This document shows positions 47,650 through 57,210 of a DNA stretch of 64,000 nt, one piece after another (position 1 is the first letter of the stretch; each line of letters opens with the position of its first letter). Under the pieces are notes generated by a model, which was not told the DNA's origin, did not search any database, and saw only the letters and a program-made list of their open reading frames with translations. Source of the stretch: Candidatus Omnitrophota bacterium (GTDB lineage Bacteria > Ratteibacteria > UBA8468 > MWAK01); contig JAZDPL010000073.1 in assembly GCA_043797665.1 (NCBI GenBank), positions 62,009 to 126,008 on the forward strand. Direction: 5' to 3'. Made by a program: the position numbers and the translations under genes.

Positions 47650-47973
47650 TTAGACGCAGGAGGTGGTAAGCCAGTCTAAGTAGTCCTGGCTGCCGGCGAT
47701 GATGGGCAGGGCAATAATTTCGGGAACCTCGTAGGAGTGTACCTTTTTTACCGCCCGGACAATCCCTGGGAAAATCTTACGTTGTGTTTTTGCCAGAAGC
47801 AGTACCTCAGGGCAGGAGTCTATCTTGCCTTTCCACCAGAAGTAGGACTTTATTCCGCTAATGATATTTACGCAGGCAACCAGTTTTTCAGCCAGTAACA
47901 CATCTTTAATCTTCTCCGCCTCTTTTTTGGACCCGGCGGTAATCATCACCACAATGTTTTGCGTACTCTTCAC
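47650..47973 (-). CDS. cutA: Divalent-cation tolerance protein CutA
   Basis: EKLVACVNI, SYFWWKG, HSYEVPEII, YLDW. Confidence 0.95.
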   Translation of the reverse strand: MKSTQNIVVMITAGSKKEAEKIKDVLLAEKLVACVNIISGIKSYFWWKGKIDSCPEVLLLAKTQRKIFPGIVRAVKKVHSYEVPEIIALPIIAGSQDYLDWLTTSCV

Positions 47974-48374
47974 GTCAATAAGTTTAAAAATGCCTTTGGA
48001 GTTAATATCGTAATTCCCTTATAGGATTTCAGAACCAATAGGTCTTTATCGCCGGTAATTAGATAGTCCACTTTTGCACTCAGGGCAGAGGCTATAATCT
48101 TTACGTCGGTCAAGTCCCTTAATTCTTTAACCGTAATTTCGTCCACAGTGGTAAGTTCTGAATAGCTAAGAATATCTCTGATTACCTCTTCGATTTTGTG
48201 GTAAGGTGTCTCCGTAAAACCTTCAAACAGGACTGTCTCTACTTCTTTTAAAATCTCAACCGAGGTGACCGATTTTATCTTTTCAATAATAGCCAGATCT
48301 ACAATCTGTCGGCAATGTCCTTTCCAGAAGATGCTGGCAATTAAAACATTGGTGTCCAGCACGACTTTAATCAT
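47970..48374 (-). CDS. PIN-domain putative toxin
   Basis: VVLDTNVLIAS, RD..D, ITGDKDLL. Confidence 0.9.
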   Translation of the reverse strand: MIKVVLDTNVLIASIFWKGHCRQIVDLAIIEKIKSVTSVEILKEVETVLFEGFTETPYHKIEEVIRDILSYSELTTVDEITVKELRDLTDVKIIASALSAKVDYLITGDKDLLVLKSYKGITILTPKAFLNLLT

Positions 48375-48658
48375 TTCCCGTACCGTTTTTTAGAAATGAT
48401 TTTTTGGATGTCTTTTTCTTTCAAACCCCTATCTTTAGCAAAACTACCGGCCCAGATTCTTAGTTCCTCGCGCTTTGCAGAATTCCATTGAAAGGAAGAC
48501 AGCCTGAGCCAGCTGTCAATAACATCTCTTTTAAACCTTAAGGTTTTGCCAATACGAACACCAGGAATTTGGCCCGTACGGGTCTTTCGGTAAATGGTCT
48601 GTTCATCCAATTGTAGGTATTTAGCCAATTGTTCAGCGGTCATAATATCGGGAAGCAT
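48371..48658 (-). CDS. Excisionase-type HTH protein, putative antitoxin
   Basis: MTAEQLAKYLQL...TIYR...GQIPG.RIG...RF. Start 48658 follows an AAGGAGG SD; coupled to the PIN gene. Confidence 0.85.
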   Translation of the reverse strand: MLPDIMTAEQLAKYLQLDEQTIYRKTRTGQIPGVRIGKTLRFKRDVIDSWLRLSSFQWNSAKREELRIWAGSFAKDRGLKEKDIQKIISKKRYGK

Positions 48659-48682
48659 AATCCATTCCTCCTTTCTAATGAG

Positions 48683-48711
48683 AGAGTACCACAAAAAGAG
48701 AGAAATGTCAA
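48683..48711 (-). promoter_or_regulatory. sigma70 promoter for the HTH-PIN-cutA unit
   Basis: Minus strand TTGACA-17 bp-TACTCT. Confidence 0.6.
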
Positions 48712-48774
48712 CATTATATTATACTTTAGTATATTATTTTAGATTATTTTGTTATAACAGAGGACGCCGGTAAT

Positions 48775-48804
48775 TTGTCAAAAGAGGGTACCGGAGGGTA
48801 TAAT
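48775..48804 (+). promoter_or_regulatory. sigma70 promoter for the enolase-family gene
   Basis: TTGTCA-18 bp-TATAAT, followed by an AAGGAGG SD. Confidence 0.55.
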
Positions 48805-48828
48805 TTACGGAAAATACAAGGAGGAAGG

Positions 48829-50193
48829 ATGCTGAGCGATATCAGAGTTCTGGAAACAAAAGTAAGGTTTTCCGAAGAGAAAGCACGGGTGCCCCTGAAG
48901 TTTGGCAAGGTAGTAGCGGAAAAGGTTACCTACGCGGAAGTGGAGGTTCTGGTAGAGAATAAGGCGGGGAAAACCGCCAAAGGTTATGGCGGTATCTTTC
49001 TCTCGGACTTCTGGGCTTTTCCTACCTTTGCCATTTCCCACGAGGAAAAAGACCGGGCGATGAGGGAATTTACCCTGATGTATGCAGAAAGGCTTGGCCG
49101 GGTTAAAGAATTTAAGCATCCGGTAGAACTCTACCTGGAGATAGAGCCGGAGATTAAACGGATGTGCCGGGAAATAACAAAGGAATCTCATTTCCCGGAA
49201 GATTTTACGCTTCTGGCGGGGTTAGTCTGCGCCTCTCCTTCTGACGCCGGTATCCACGATGCGTTCGGCAATGTTAATGGCATCTGCTCTTACGACGGCT
49301 ACGGCAAAGAGTTTATGAAGGACTTGGGGTCCTTTCTGGGTAACCAGTTCCAGGGGAAATATATCTCCGACTATCTCCGGAAGGAGTATTTGAAAGAGAT
49401 ACCGGTTTTTCATTTAGTGGGTGGTTTAGATAAACTGTGGGAAAGGGAAGTAACCCCGGAAGACCCCAGGGATGGATTGCCGGTTTCCTTAGAAAAGTGG
49501 CTGGAAGTTGAGAACCTTTTCTGTCTCAAGGTTAAGTTGCGGGGAAATGACCTGGATTGGGATGTGGCAAGAACGATTGAGGTCTCCAAAGTAGCCCATT
49601 CGGTCTATCAGAGACTGAACTTAAAAAAAGACCTTTTCCTGTCCGTAGATACCAATGAGGTTTGCGAGAGGCCGGAATATATCGTGGAGATGCTGAACCG
49701 TATCAGGGAAAGAGACCGCCGGACTTTTGAGGAGATTCTTTACGTGGAACAGCCTACCGGAAGGGACCTCAGCCAGTACGAGTTTGATATGGAAGGAATC
49801 GCCGGGATGAAGCCGGTCCTGGTTGACGAAAGCCTGACTGGCATTCCAGAATTTTACCGGGCAAAAGATTTGAAATGGTCCGGTCTTGCCCTTAAGACCT
49901 GTAAATGCCATTCCGCAGAACTTCTTATGGTGGCGTTATCTGCTCACCATCGGATGCCTTATACCATTCAGGACCTGACCAATCCCAGGATTTCCCTCGT
50001 CCACTCCGCTGGTTTTGCCGGCCGGACCTATCCGATGATGGGTGTGGAGTCTAACGCCAGCCAGTTTTTCCCTTCCGCTTCCCGGATAGAAAGCCGGGTC
50101 CATCCGGGTATCTTCTCCAGAAAGGGAGGCTACCTGAACTTGAGTACCTTAGGTAGGATGGGTTTAGGTTACCGGATAGAAGAGATTATTTGA
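48829..50193 (+). CDS. Enolase superfamily (mandelate racemase/muconate lactonising-like) protein, possible sugar-acid dehydratase
   Basis: LKVKL (KxK) and DTNE, YVEQP and VDES metal ligands, ALKTCK. Start 48829 follows an SD. Confidence 0.8.
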   Translation: MLSDIRVLETKVRFSEEKARVPLKFGKVVAEKVTYAEVEVLVENKAGKTAKGYGGIFLSDFWAFPTFAISHEEKDRAMREFTLMYAERLGRVKEFKHPVELYLEIEPEIKRMCREITKESHFPEDFTLLAGLVCASPSDAGIHDAFGNVNGICSYDGYGKEFMKDLGSFLGNQFQGKYISDYLRKEYLKEIPVFHLVGGLDKLWEREVTPEDPRDGLPVSLEKWLEVENLFCLKVKLRGNDLDWDVARTIEVSKVAHSVYQRLNLKKDLFLSVDTNEVCERPEYIVEMLNRIRERDRRTFEEILYVEQPTGRDLSQYEFDMEGIAGMKPVLVDESLTGIPEFYRAKDLKWSGLALKTCKCHSAELLMVALSAHHRMPYTIQDLTNPRISLVHSAGFAGRTYPMMGVESNASQFFPSASRIESRVHPGIFSRKGGYLNLSTLGRMGLGYRIEEII

Positions 50194-50205
50194 GGAATCA
50201 GGCCT

Positions 50206-51308
50206 CTACTCTGCCAGGCCGCAGATTTTGTCAACCAGTCCGGAAACAGCCTCTATCTTTTCAATCTGGCCGACCTGTGAGATTTCATCGGAAACTCCCA
50301 GGATGAGCCGGGGCGCAAAAAGGTCAATTACCTGCCGGGTAAAGTCAAGCAGTTTTTCCGTCGGGTGGTTTGCCAGGAAGTCAATGGCGGGCAGGAGGTC
50401 CAGCACGACCATTTTATCGCCGACCGCCTTCTTAATCTGTTCCAGGGTCATATCACCCATTGGAGCAGGTGTTAGGGCTTCCACCCCGTCAAGATGCGTG
50501 TCGAGCAGAAGAGGAAGGATGTGCCGGGAGTTGCCGTCCCAGTGCGAGTGGACGAAGCGACCTTCCGAATGCAGCCGTTTGGAAATGCGTTGCCATCTCG
50601 GAATCAGATACTTCTTCAAAATTGGCGGCGGAGTGAATTCGTTGGTGGCGTGGTCACCGAGGTTGAAGATGCGGCAGGGAAGTTTGAGCGCCGCATCCAT
50701 TTGGCGGTCGTCTCTACGGTCGCAGGCTTCAAGACAGGTTTCCACTTCAACCGGGTGGTCGTTCAGCAAGTAGTAGGTGTCAAGCAAACCACACCAGTTT
50801 TTGATTAATTCCGTAAAACCCGAACTGGAAAAGTAGATGGTCGGTTCCGCGCGGTGTCCAACCGCCTTCGCTGCCTTTTCAAATGCGGTCGGATTTGCCC
50901 GGAACTGCTGCCGGTTGACCAGGTCGGTCAGAACCGCAAGGTCTTCGTTTTTACGGGAAACTCCTCAATCCGGTGGTTGATGCGGCGGCCTTCTTTCCAG
51001 ATGTCATGGTATACCGTGCGGAGTTCGCCGACCGGAGTACGGATTTTCTCCACCGTGCGGTCAGGATATTTTTCTTCTATCCGCACCAGGTCGTCCCGGA
51101 TTTCAAAATACTCAATTCCGGCGCTGGCTGCGTAACGTACAGAGCAGCCGAGGGCATCGTAGATTTCCAGGGGTTCCATATCCCGGAACCGTTCCGGCAT
51201 CGTTCCGTATTCCAGGTGGTGGCCGATCCAGGTTTCCAGCCGGGGCTGCCAGAGCACGCCTTTTGCCTTTCCTTCGAAAATCGCCAGGTTCAACTCTTTT
51301 CTGGTCAT
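50206..51308 (-). pseudogene. UroD/MtaA-family gene split by a frameshift
   Basis: ORF 50928-51308 (...EEFPVK) continues in the -1 frame as EDLAVLTDLVNRQQF...NWCGLLDTYY into ORF 50206-50787 (HSHWDG, EALTPAPMGD). The shift maps to the A5 run at 50948-50952. Confidence 0.75.
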
Positions 51309-51330
51309 TGTGTTATCTCCTAATCTCTTA

Positions 51331-51603
51331 GGGGTTGTGCCAGAATAAAATTAACTATTTGGAGTCCCGGATTTGAGATCAGTGCAAGACGCGACGAAGA
51401 TTCTGTGCCCACTGTGGCACATAATCGAGGAGCAACGCCGCAATGACCCAAAGATGGGACTCCCCGAAGGGCCAGGCCGCTTTTGGGCTGCGACTGCGTC
51501 GCTTATTGCTTCCGTACCACAGGGGGTACGCCAGCTTCTTCGCTCCTTGTCTCGCTCCAAAATCGCCTCTGGCAAATAGTCAATTTTATTCTGGCACAAC
51601 CCC
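51331..51603. mobile_element. 273-bp MITE-like element with 31-bp terminal inverted repeats and a TTA target duplication
   Basis: GGGGTTGTGCCAGAATAAAATTAACTATTTG ... CAAATAGTCAATTTTATTCTGGCACAACCCC (one mismatch), with TTA on both sides. No transposase. Confidence 0.8.
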
Positions 51604-52509
51604 TTATGCTTTACCCGTACTTCCGTATACTCTCATGCGGCGTTTGACCTCAGACTTCATTTTATTCTTCGCCTTTTCCAGAAAATCACCTGCTTTGCGG
51701 GAACCGATTACCTCCTGGACATTTATTGTAGACGGTAAGGTACCAACCGTCTCCCGGATAGTGCTCCAAAAAATCTGCTTCAAAATCGTGCCGACATTGA
51801 ACTTGGCTACTCCCATTTCAATAACCCTGGGTACCGCGTCATCCGGGAAACCGGTACCTCCATGAACGACAAATGGCACCTTCACCATCTGTTTGAGCCG
51901 AACCAGAAGATTAAAATCTATCTTCGCTTTTCCTTCGGTTAAGCAATGGACGTTACCGATGGAGATCGAAAGAGCATCAAGGCCGGTTTCTTTTACGTAG
52001 CGAGCCGCCTGCGCCGGTTCCCGGTTTTCGGTAACGGAGGGCAAATCTGTAGTACCCTTTGCCTGGGGAAGCCGCCATAATTCTCCTTCTACGTCGGCGC
52101 CCAGGGCGTGAGCTATTTCCACCACTTTGCGTGTTGCGGCGATATTCTGTTCTAAAGACAAATTCGAGGTGTCCAGCATTACCGCGTTAAAACCCCAGGT
52201 GAGTCCTCGTCTTATCTGTTCTAATGTCTTAACCTCGTTTAACAGCAAGGTTACGGGTACTTTGGCGTCTTCGGCCGCAGCACGACCCAGGGCTGCCAGG
52301 CGCCGCAATCCACCGCTATCGCACCATTTCTGATTTATAGATTCACCGCCGAAGCCGAGTATGACCGGTGAACGGGATTCCTCAGCTGCTTCCAGCACCG
52401 CTTCCAGCGAGTACTGGTCCCAGGTTTCAAAGTAACCTACCGCATAACCCCCGGTCAGGGCTTTAGCCAGCATTTCACGCAAAGGTATGAGAAACATAAT
52501 TTTCCTCAT
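51604..52509 (-). CDS. Class II fructose/tagatose-bisphosphate aldolase family protein
   Basis: GGYAVG, AVLEAAEE..SPVI, VMLD, VEGEL, SIGNVH, VHGGTG, KFNVGT. Confidence 0.85.
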   Translation of the reverse strand: MRKIMFLIPLREMLAKALTGGYAVGYFETWDQYSLEAVLEAAEESRSPVILGFGGESINQKWCDSGGLRRLAALGRAAAEDAKVPVTLLLNEVKTLEQIRRGLTWGFNAVMLDTSNLSLEQNIAATRKVVEIAHALGADVEGELWRLPQAKGTTDLPSVTENREPAQAARYVKETGLDALSISIGNVHCLTEGKAKIDFNLLVRLKQMVKVPFVVHGGTGFPDDAVPRVIEMGVAKFNVGTILKQIFWSTIRETVGTLPSTINVQEVIGSRKAGDFLEKAKNKMKSEVKRRMRVYGSTGKA

Positions 52510-53471
52510 TTGGTATTCAAAACCTCAGCGCGTTCCATGAAATCCAAAACTTGCTCCATATTTCGCAGTCCGGTCGTTGTACCGATGGCACCGGCGCACA
52601 AAGCTCCGACAGCACATCCAAAACGGCCGGCTCGCTCTAAATCCCAACCATGGCTCACTCCGGTTAGGAAACCGGCTATCCAGGCATCTCCCGCTCCGCT
52701 GGTATCTACCGGTTTTATCTTAAAAGCGGGAATGCGTAAATCCAGCCCGGCGTTGCGCAGGTAGCACCCCTCCGCGCCCATTTTCAGTCCCACCGTCTTT
52801 ACGCCCTGGTCCATCAGGAACCGGGCGATGTCGGCCGGCGATTTTTTTCCGCTTATCAGACGCGCCTCGTCGATACTGGGCAGGAAATAATCCAGATGTT
52901 TCAGGCTGGATCTTATGGTTGCGTAAGCATCAAGGGAAGAATTCCAGACGGTATCCAAAGCCGTGATGATTCCCATCCGCCGGGCTCGTTTCAGGAGTTT
53001 TGCCGTGGGCTCGCCGTCAAGCCCCGGCATGACTAAAGAACCGGCCACGTGCAGAATTTTGGTCTGCTGAATCAGGGAGAAATCAATGTCTTCGTAACCT
53101 AATTTTCCGTTGGCGCCTATGTAGTGAAAGAAACACCTTTCCCCATTCGGCGCAATCATAACAAAAGTAAAGGATGTATTGGTTTCTTTGCTCCGGCGCA
53201 TACCCCGGATGTCAATCTTTTCGGCCTCAAGATGCCGCAGGACAAAATCACCGAATCCGTCACGACCTACTTTACCTATTGCTCCGACCCGCAGGCCGAA
53301 TCGAGCCAGGACCGTAGCCGTGTTGTTGGCGCATCCGCCGACCGCCAGTTCCACCTGGTCCACCAGCGCCAACCGCCGCCATTTTGGCATCTTTGAAATT
53401 GGTTTGGCCAATGTATCGGCTACAAAGATACCCAGGCAGAGGACGTCCAGTTTTTTTTGTTGGTCTGTCAT
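52506..53471 (-). CDS. PfkB family carbohydrate kinase
   Basis: GGCANNTA, GKVGRDGFG, DTSGAGDAW. Confidence 0.93.
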   Translation of the reverse strand: MTDQQKKLDVLCLGIFVADTLAKPISKMPKWRRLALVDQVELAVGGCANNTATVLARFGLRVGAIGKVGRDGFGDFVLRHLEAEKIDIRGMRRSKETNTSFTFVMIAPNGERCFFHYIGANGKLGYEDIDFSLIQQTKILHVAGSLVMPGLDGEPTAKLLKRARRMGIITALDTVWNSSLDAYATIRSSLKHLDYFLPSIDEARLISGKKSPADIARFLMDQGVKTVGLKMGAEGCYLRNAGLDLRIPAFKIKPVDTSGAGDAWIAGFLTGVSHGWDLERAGRFGCAVGALCAGAIGTTTGLRNMEQVLDFMERAEVLNTK

Positions 53472-55996
53472 ACTTTCTTCCCCGGTTTGAATCGCAATCT
53501 GATCGTCTTGATTTCGAATGGCTGAAGGTTCAGTTGCACTGTGTCATGGCTCGGGTTGAGCTTCCGGACAGGGTTTTCCATCAGGTCCACTTCCTCAGCG
53601 GAGGCGATATGAGCCGACAACTTTATCTTTGCACCATCTACCGGTTGTCCGGTTGTTTCGTAAATCCGCAGCACGGCGCTGCCGTCCTCGCCGGGTTTCA
53701 ACGCAGAAACCACGACGTTGGGACAGGTGATATCCAGAAAACCCCAGCGGTTCGGTAGAACCCCCGGGTGGAAGTTCGCCGTCAAAGTAATGAGCGGATT
53801 GTTGAACTCCAGGCCGTCGTGGTAGACGGCGGCCTGACGCCAATCCTGGCTATGAGGAACCAGCGCGTAATCGAAGGTTAACTCCTTACCCAGTTCCAGA
53901 CCCGAATCAGAACCCATACCCGGCTCATGCCCGCCTCCGAAGCCGTAGGCCTTGATGCGCGTGCTGCGCATGAGTGACAGCATCATCACGCCATCAGCGA
54001 CGTTGTTCCCGGGAAGCCCGCGATTCAGCAGCGCAACACCCTTCTTCCCGTCGCCCCAATCAATCCAGTTCTGAGCCGGAAACTCGATTCCGTCAGGCCG
54101 CTCAATGGCGCCGAAAGGGATTTCATGAATGGCATTGCCGTTTTGGATCGTGGTCGGGAACAATACACGGTAGCGCACGTCCGTGTCATGGTTGAGAATC
54201 TTTGTTTGAATTTCAATCCGGTGCACACCTGCATAGATCCGGACTGTAGTCCGGAAACGTCCCTTGGCGCTGAACGGGTGTGCCACGATAAACTCCGACA
54301 TTACCGGTCCGGCCGTGACCGCACCGGGCGCTTCCGCCTGACCGTTGCTGAACGTGGCTGTGCCGGTCCGGGGCGGTGCGTGCCGTTCCGTCATGGCAAT
54401 GCGGCTGCCGCCGTCCAGGGGTCGGTAGAATTCCCAGAAGTCGCCTTTGTCCGTCTCCATGGCCACGATATTGCCGGGGCCGCTCAAGGCGTCCCAGTTA
54501 CCGTCGTTCACAGTTAATTTTGAAATCGCGCCGGTGACCGGGTCGAGTTTCAGACGATAAAATTCGTTTTCCAACACTGGTGTCTGCTGCGGCGCGGCCG
54601 GAGCAGTGGCGGATTCTTGTAATGACCTGATGTGGTGGACCGCATGCCCCAGCGCGGGTACGTCGCGAGCTACGAAAGCAACCCTGGCGTTCAGCAAAGA
54701 GCCGTCTGCATAGTGCTGTGCATCAAGAATTTGACACGGTACTTCGCCGCCGTCCGGTCCAACCAGTTTCACGTCCTGTACGCCGGGGTCTGTGAACCCG
54801 ACCGTCGCGACCGCAATATCCGTGCGTAACCAGCTCAGCGTGTTAAACACCACCAAGGGAATTCCATCGCCCTGGGTATCAATCCTATTGCCGACCGCCT
54901 CTAACCTCGCCTGCAGTTCGTCCCCGGCGATCCGCCGAGAGAAATCATACCCGCGGATTGTATCCTCGTAAACGCGGTCGGTCATCACCCCGGACATCAG
55001 GTCGTGCGCCTGGTTAAAGAGCATCGGTTCCCAGGCGCGCCGGAGAATATCGTCGTTTGTCGTAATTTCCAGCCAACGCAACAACACCCCCATTTTCTCT
55101 GCCGTTGTCAGAAGACGCTCCAATTCCCGCGTCCGCTGTTTGAGTTCAATCCGGCTGCTGTAAGTCCCCTGAAAGATCGGGTTGAGTTCGCCGCGGATAA
55201 CGGATCGTTCGGAACGTTGCGCGACAACCGCCTCGAAATCGGAAGGGACCCCGAGCTGCAGATGGAAGGGGGTATCCTTCCGTTGATTGAACTCCGCGAC
55301 CATTTGGGGTACATGTTCCTCGGGTTCGCACACGTCGGCCCCAGACAGACCGACCCGAGCCGGTCCTTGAGCAAACGGCGTCAAGGCATCAAACTTCTCT
55401 TTTATGAATGCGGTAAACTCGGGTAGCGAGTTGGGTGAACCATACACATTGGCATAGCCATGCGGCAGCCAGAAGGCAGGAATCCGGGAGCCGTCAAGGC
55501 CTTCCCAAAGGAATTCCGAAGGCCCGCTCAAACCGGAGACACCGCGGAAGAACCAGAAAGATTTGTAACCCGCCAGTTTGAGCAGTTGCGGCATCTGGGC
55601 GTGGTGGCCGAAGGTGTCCAGCTGCCAGCCCACGGTGACGTCCACCCCCAGCTTCTTACGGAAGTATCTTTTACCGTAAAGGACCTGGCGGACGAACGAT
55701 TCGCCGCCCGGCATATTGACGTCCGGCATTACGTCCGTGCCGCCGACGATGGCCAGCCGGCCCTCGGCCACAAACCGGCGGAACGCCGCTTCCTCCTCCG
55801 GGTAGCGTTCCAGAAAGGGCTTGACATAACATACCTGGTCAAGCGTAAACCGGTAGGCCGGATATTGTTTGAGCAGTCTCAGCGCCCGCAGAATATTGGG
55901 CAGTCCCATTTCCAAATATTCTTCGCGCGTCTTGAAGACCGCTCCTTCCCAGTGTGTATGCGGAATGAAGAAAAATGTGTCACGACAATCTTTCAT
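53468..55996 (-). CDS. GH38 alpha-mannosidase family protein
   Basis: PHTHWE, GESFVRQ, WQLDTFGH, EFLWEGLDGS, NQAHD, EIPFG, PFEIKT. Start 55996 is coupled to the upstream stop; the ORF track gives 56137. Confidence 0.9.
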   Translation of the reverse strand: MKDCRDTFFFIPHTHWEGAVFKTREEYLEMGLPNILRALRLLKQYPAYRFTLDQVCYVKPFLERYPEEEAAFRRFVAEGRLAIVGGTDVMPDVNMPGGESFVRQVLYGKRYFRKKLGVDVTVGWQLDTFGHHAQMPQLLKLAGYKSFWFFRGVSGLSGPSEFLWEGLDGSRIPAFWLPHGYANVYGSPNSLPEFTAFIKEKFDALTPFAQGPARVGLSGADVCEPEEHVPQMVAEFNQRKDTPFHLQLGVPSDFEAVVAQRSERSVIRGELNPIFQGTYSSRIELKQRTRELERLLTTAEKMGVLLRWLEITTNDDILRRAWEPMLFNQAHDLMSGVMTDRVYEDTIRGYDFSRRIAGDELQARLEAVGNRIDTQGDGIPLVVFNTLSWLRTDIAVATVGFTDPGVQDVKLVGPDGGEVPCQILDAQHYADGSLLNARVAFVARDVPALGHAVHHIRSLQESATAPAAPQQTPVLENEFYRLKLDPVTGAISKLTVNDGNWDALSGPGNIVAMETDKGDFWEFYRPLDGGSRIAMTERHAPPRTGTATFSNGQAEAPGAVTAGPVMSEFIVAHPFSAKGRFRTTVRIYAGVHRIEIQTKILNHDTDVRYRVLFPTTIQNGNAIHEIPFGAIERPDGIEFPAQNWIDWGDGKKGVALLNRGLPGNNVADGVMMLSLMRSTRIKAYGFGGGHEPGMGSDSGLELGKELTFDYALVPHSQDWRQAAVYHDGLEFNNPLITLTANFHPGVLPNRWGFLDITCPNVVVSALKPGEDGSAVLRIYETTGQPVDGAKIKLSAHIASAEEVDLMENPVRKLNPSHDTVQLNLQPFEIKTIRLRFKPGKKV

Positions 55997-57150
55997 TTTA
56001 TTTTTGACAGTACCGGTAATCCGTACTCTTCTGAAACCTCTGTCAGGACCGCCAGATTTTCCACCGGGGTTCCCGGACAGACATTGGCGCCGTCGCCGAG
56101 TATAAACCCTCCACATGGTCCTAACGCCTCCAGACACTCCATAGCCGCATCTTTCACATTAGCGTTTGTCCCGTTCAGCATCAGCATGGGATTAATATTC
56201 CCCCAAAGATACATCTTCCCCCCGAGATTTTCCGCGGCTACCTTTGGCGTAACCTGATAACCGAAAATATTAAAGCTGGAAATTTTCAGATCATTAACCA
56301 AGGCCGAATGCAAATGCGTACTGTTTCCGCACATATGCATTCCACGACCATCGGGTAAGCCTTTCCCGAACGTATCATATAAACGATTATCGTAGGGTAC
56401 ACAAAACTCTTTAAATATTTCCGGCGACAGGATTGTCGAGGTATCTCCCGCCAGTCCGAACCCTCCACGGGGCCGCGGGTCAATTTCCATAAAATACCTT
56501 TGTTGGCGAAGCAACCCCTGGGTGATCTTGCCGAGAAAACGATGACATTTTTCAGGACAATCCAGCATCCACCAGTAAAAATCATGACCGACCAAATCAA
56601 CCGCGATCATGTGCGGGTCCAAACCGCTGATGGATAAAGAAGCAACGTCAACCTTTCCTTCCCGTCCGTTAAACGTCAGACGGGTTTCGCGGATAAATTC
56701 TTTCATTTGCGTCCACCAGTCCAAGGCTTTACCCCAGAGGCCCGAATTTGCGGGTGGAATCTCAAATTGGTCCATTTGTTCCACATTGTGAATCGTCGGA
56801 GTAGAATGCAGCGTTTCATTTTCCGGCCACACCGTCTTAGCTCCAAAAGCATCGGAATCGAGCACATTATCAAAATAAGGCGCAACGGAAAGTCCTGGTC
56901 CGGTCCAGATATCCTCCGGAATATTCTCCATCCGATACTTGAAAAATTGTAACTGCCAATAATATTGTGTCTCCGCATCCTTGAAAAAATCAATGTATTC
57001 AAGTCCGAGTATTGGCGCAAAAAATCGAGGAACTACACAAAAAGAAACCGGAATCCTATCAACATATTGAAAATGCTCCCGAGCTTCCATTCGCTTTCGG
57101 TTCATTTCAAATTTTTCAGCCGGATAATCGATGTTGAGACGGAATTTCAT
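55993..57150 (-). CDS. UroD/MtaA-family (methyltransferase-like) protein
   Basis: LSPEIFKEFCVPY, HMCGN, LWGNINP, GGFILGDG. Confidence 0.8.
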   Translation of the reverse strand: MKFRLNIDYPAEKFEMNRKRMEAREHFQYVDRIPVSFCVVPRFFAPILGLEYIDFFKDAETQYYWQLQFFKYRMENIPEDIWTGPGLSVAPYFDNVLDSDAFGAKTVWPENETLHSTPTIHNVEQMDQFEIPPANSGLWGKALDWWTQMKEFIRETRLTFNGREGKVDVASLSISGLDPHMIAVDLVGHDFYWWMLDCPEKCHRFLGKITQGLLRQQRYFMEIDPRPRGGFGLAGDTSTILSPEIFKEFCVPYDNRLYDTFGKGLPDGRGMHMCGNSTHLHSALVNDLKISSFNIFGYQVTPKVAAENLGGKMYLWGNINPMLMLNGTNANVKDAAMECLEALGPCGGFILGDGANVCPGTPVENLAVLTEVSEEYGLPVLSKIK

Positions 57151-57210
57151 TTTCAGCCTCCGGTTGACCTCTAATATTTTCCGTATGTCCTGGCTCTTTT
57201 TAACTTTAAG

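Noticed and set aside
48371..48658. Prophage/ICE excisionase
   Set aside because: No integrase or phage genes nearby; coupling to a PIN gene favours a TA role.
51351..51865. Short ORFs in or over the MITE as a transposase
   Set aside because: Too short, with no DDE or HUH motifs; one is antisense to the aldolase.
55997..56137. N-terminal extension of GH38 with RRRR as a Tat signal
   Set aside because: It overlaps the upstream gene by about 140 nt and has no hydrophobic region; the coupled ATG at 55996 is the better start.
55460..56257. 265-aa plus-strand ORF and the many other antisense ORFs in the track
   Set aside because: Shadow frames of well-supported genes on the opposite strand.
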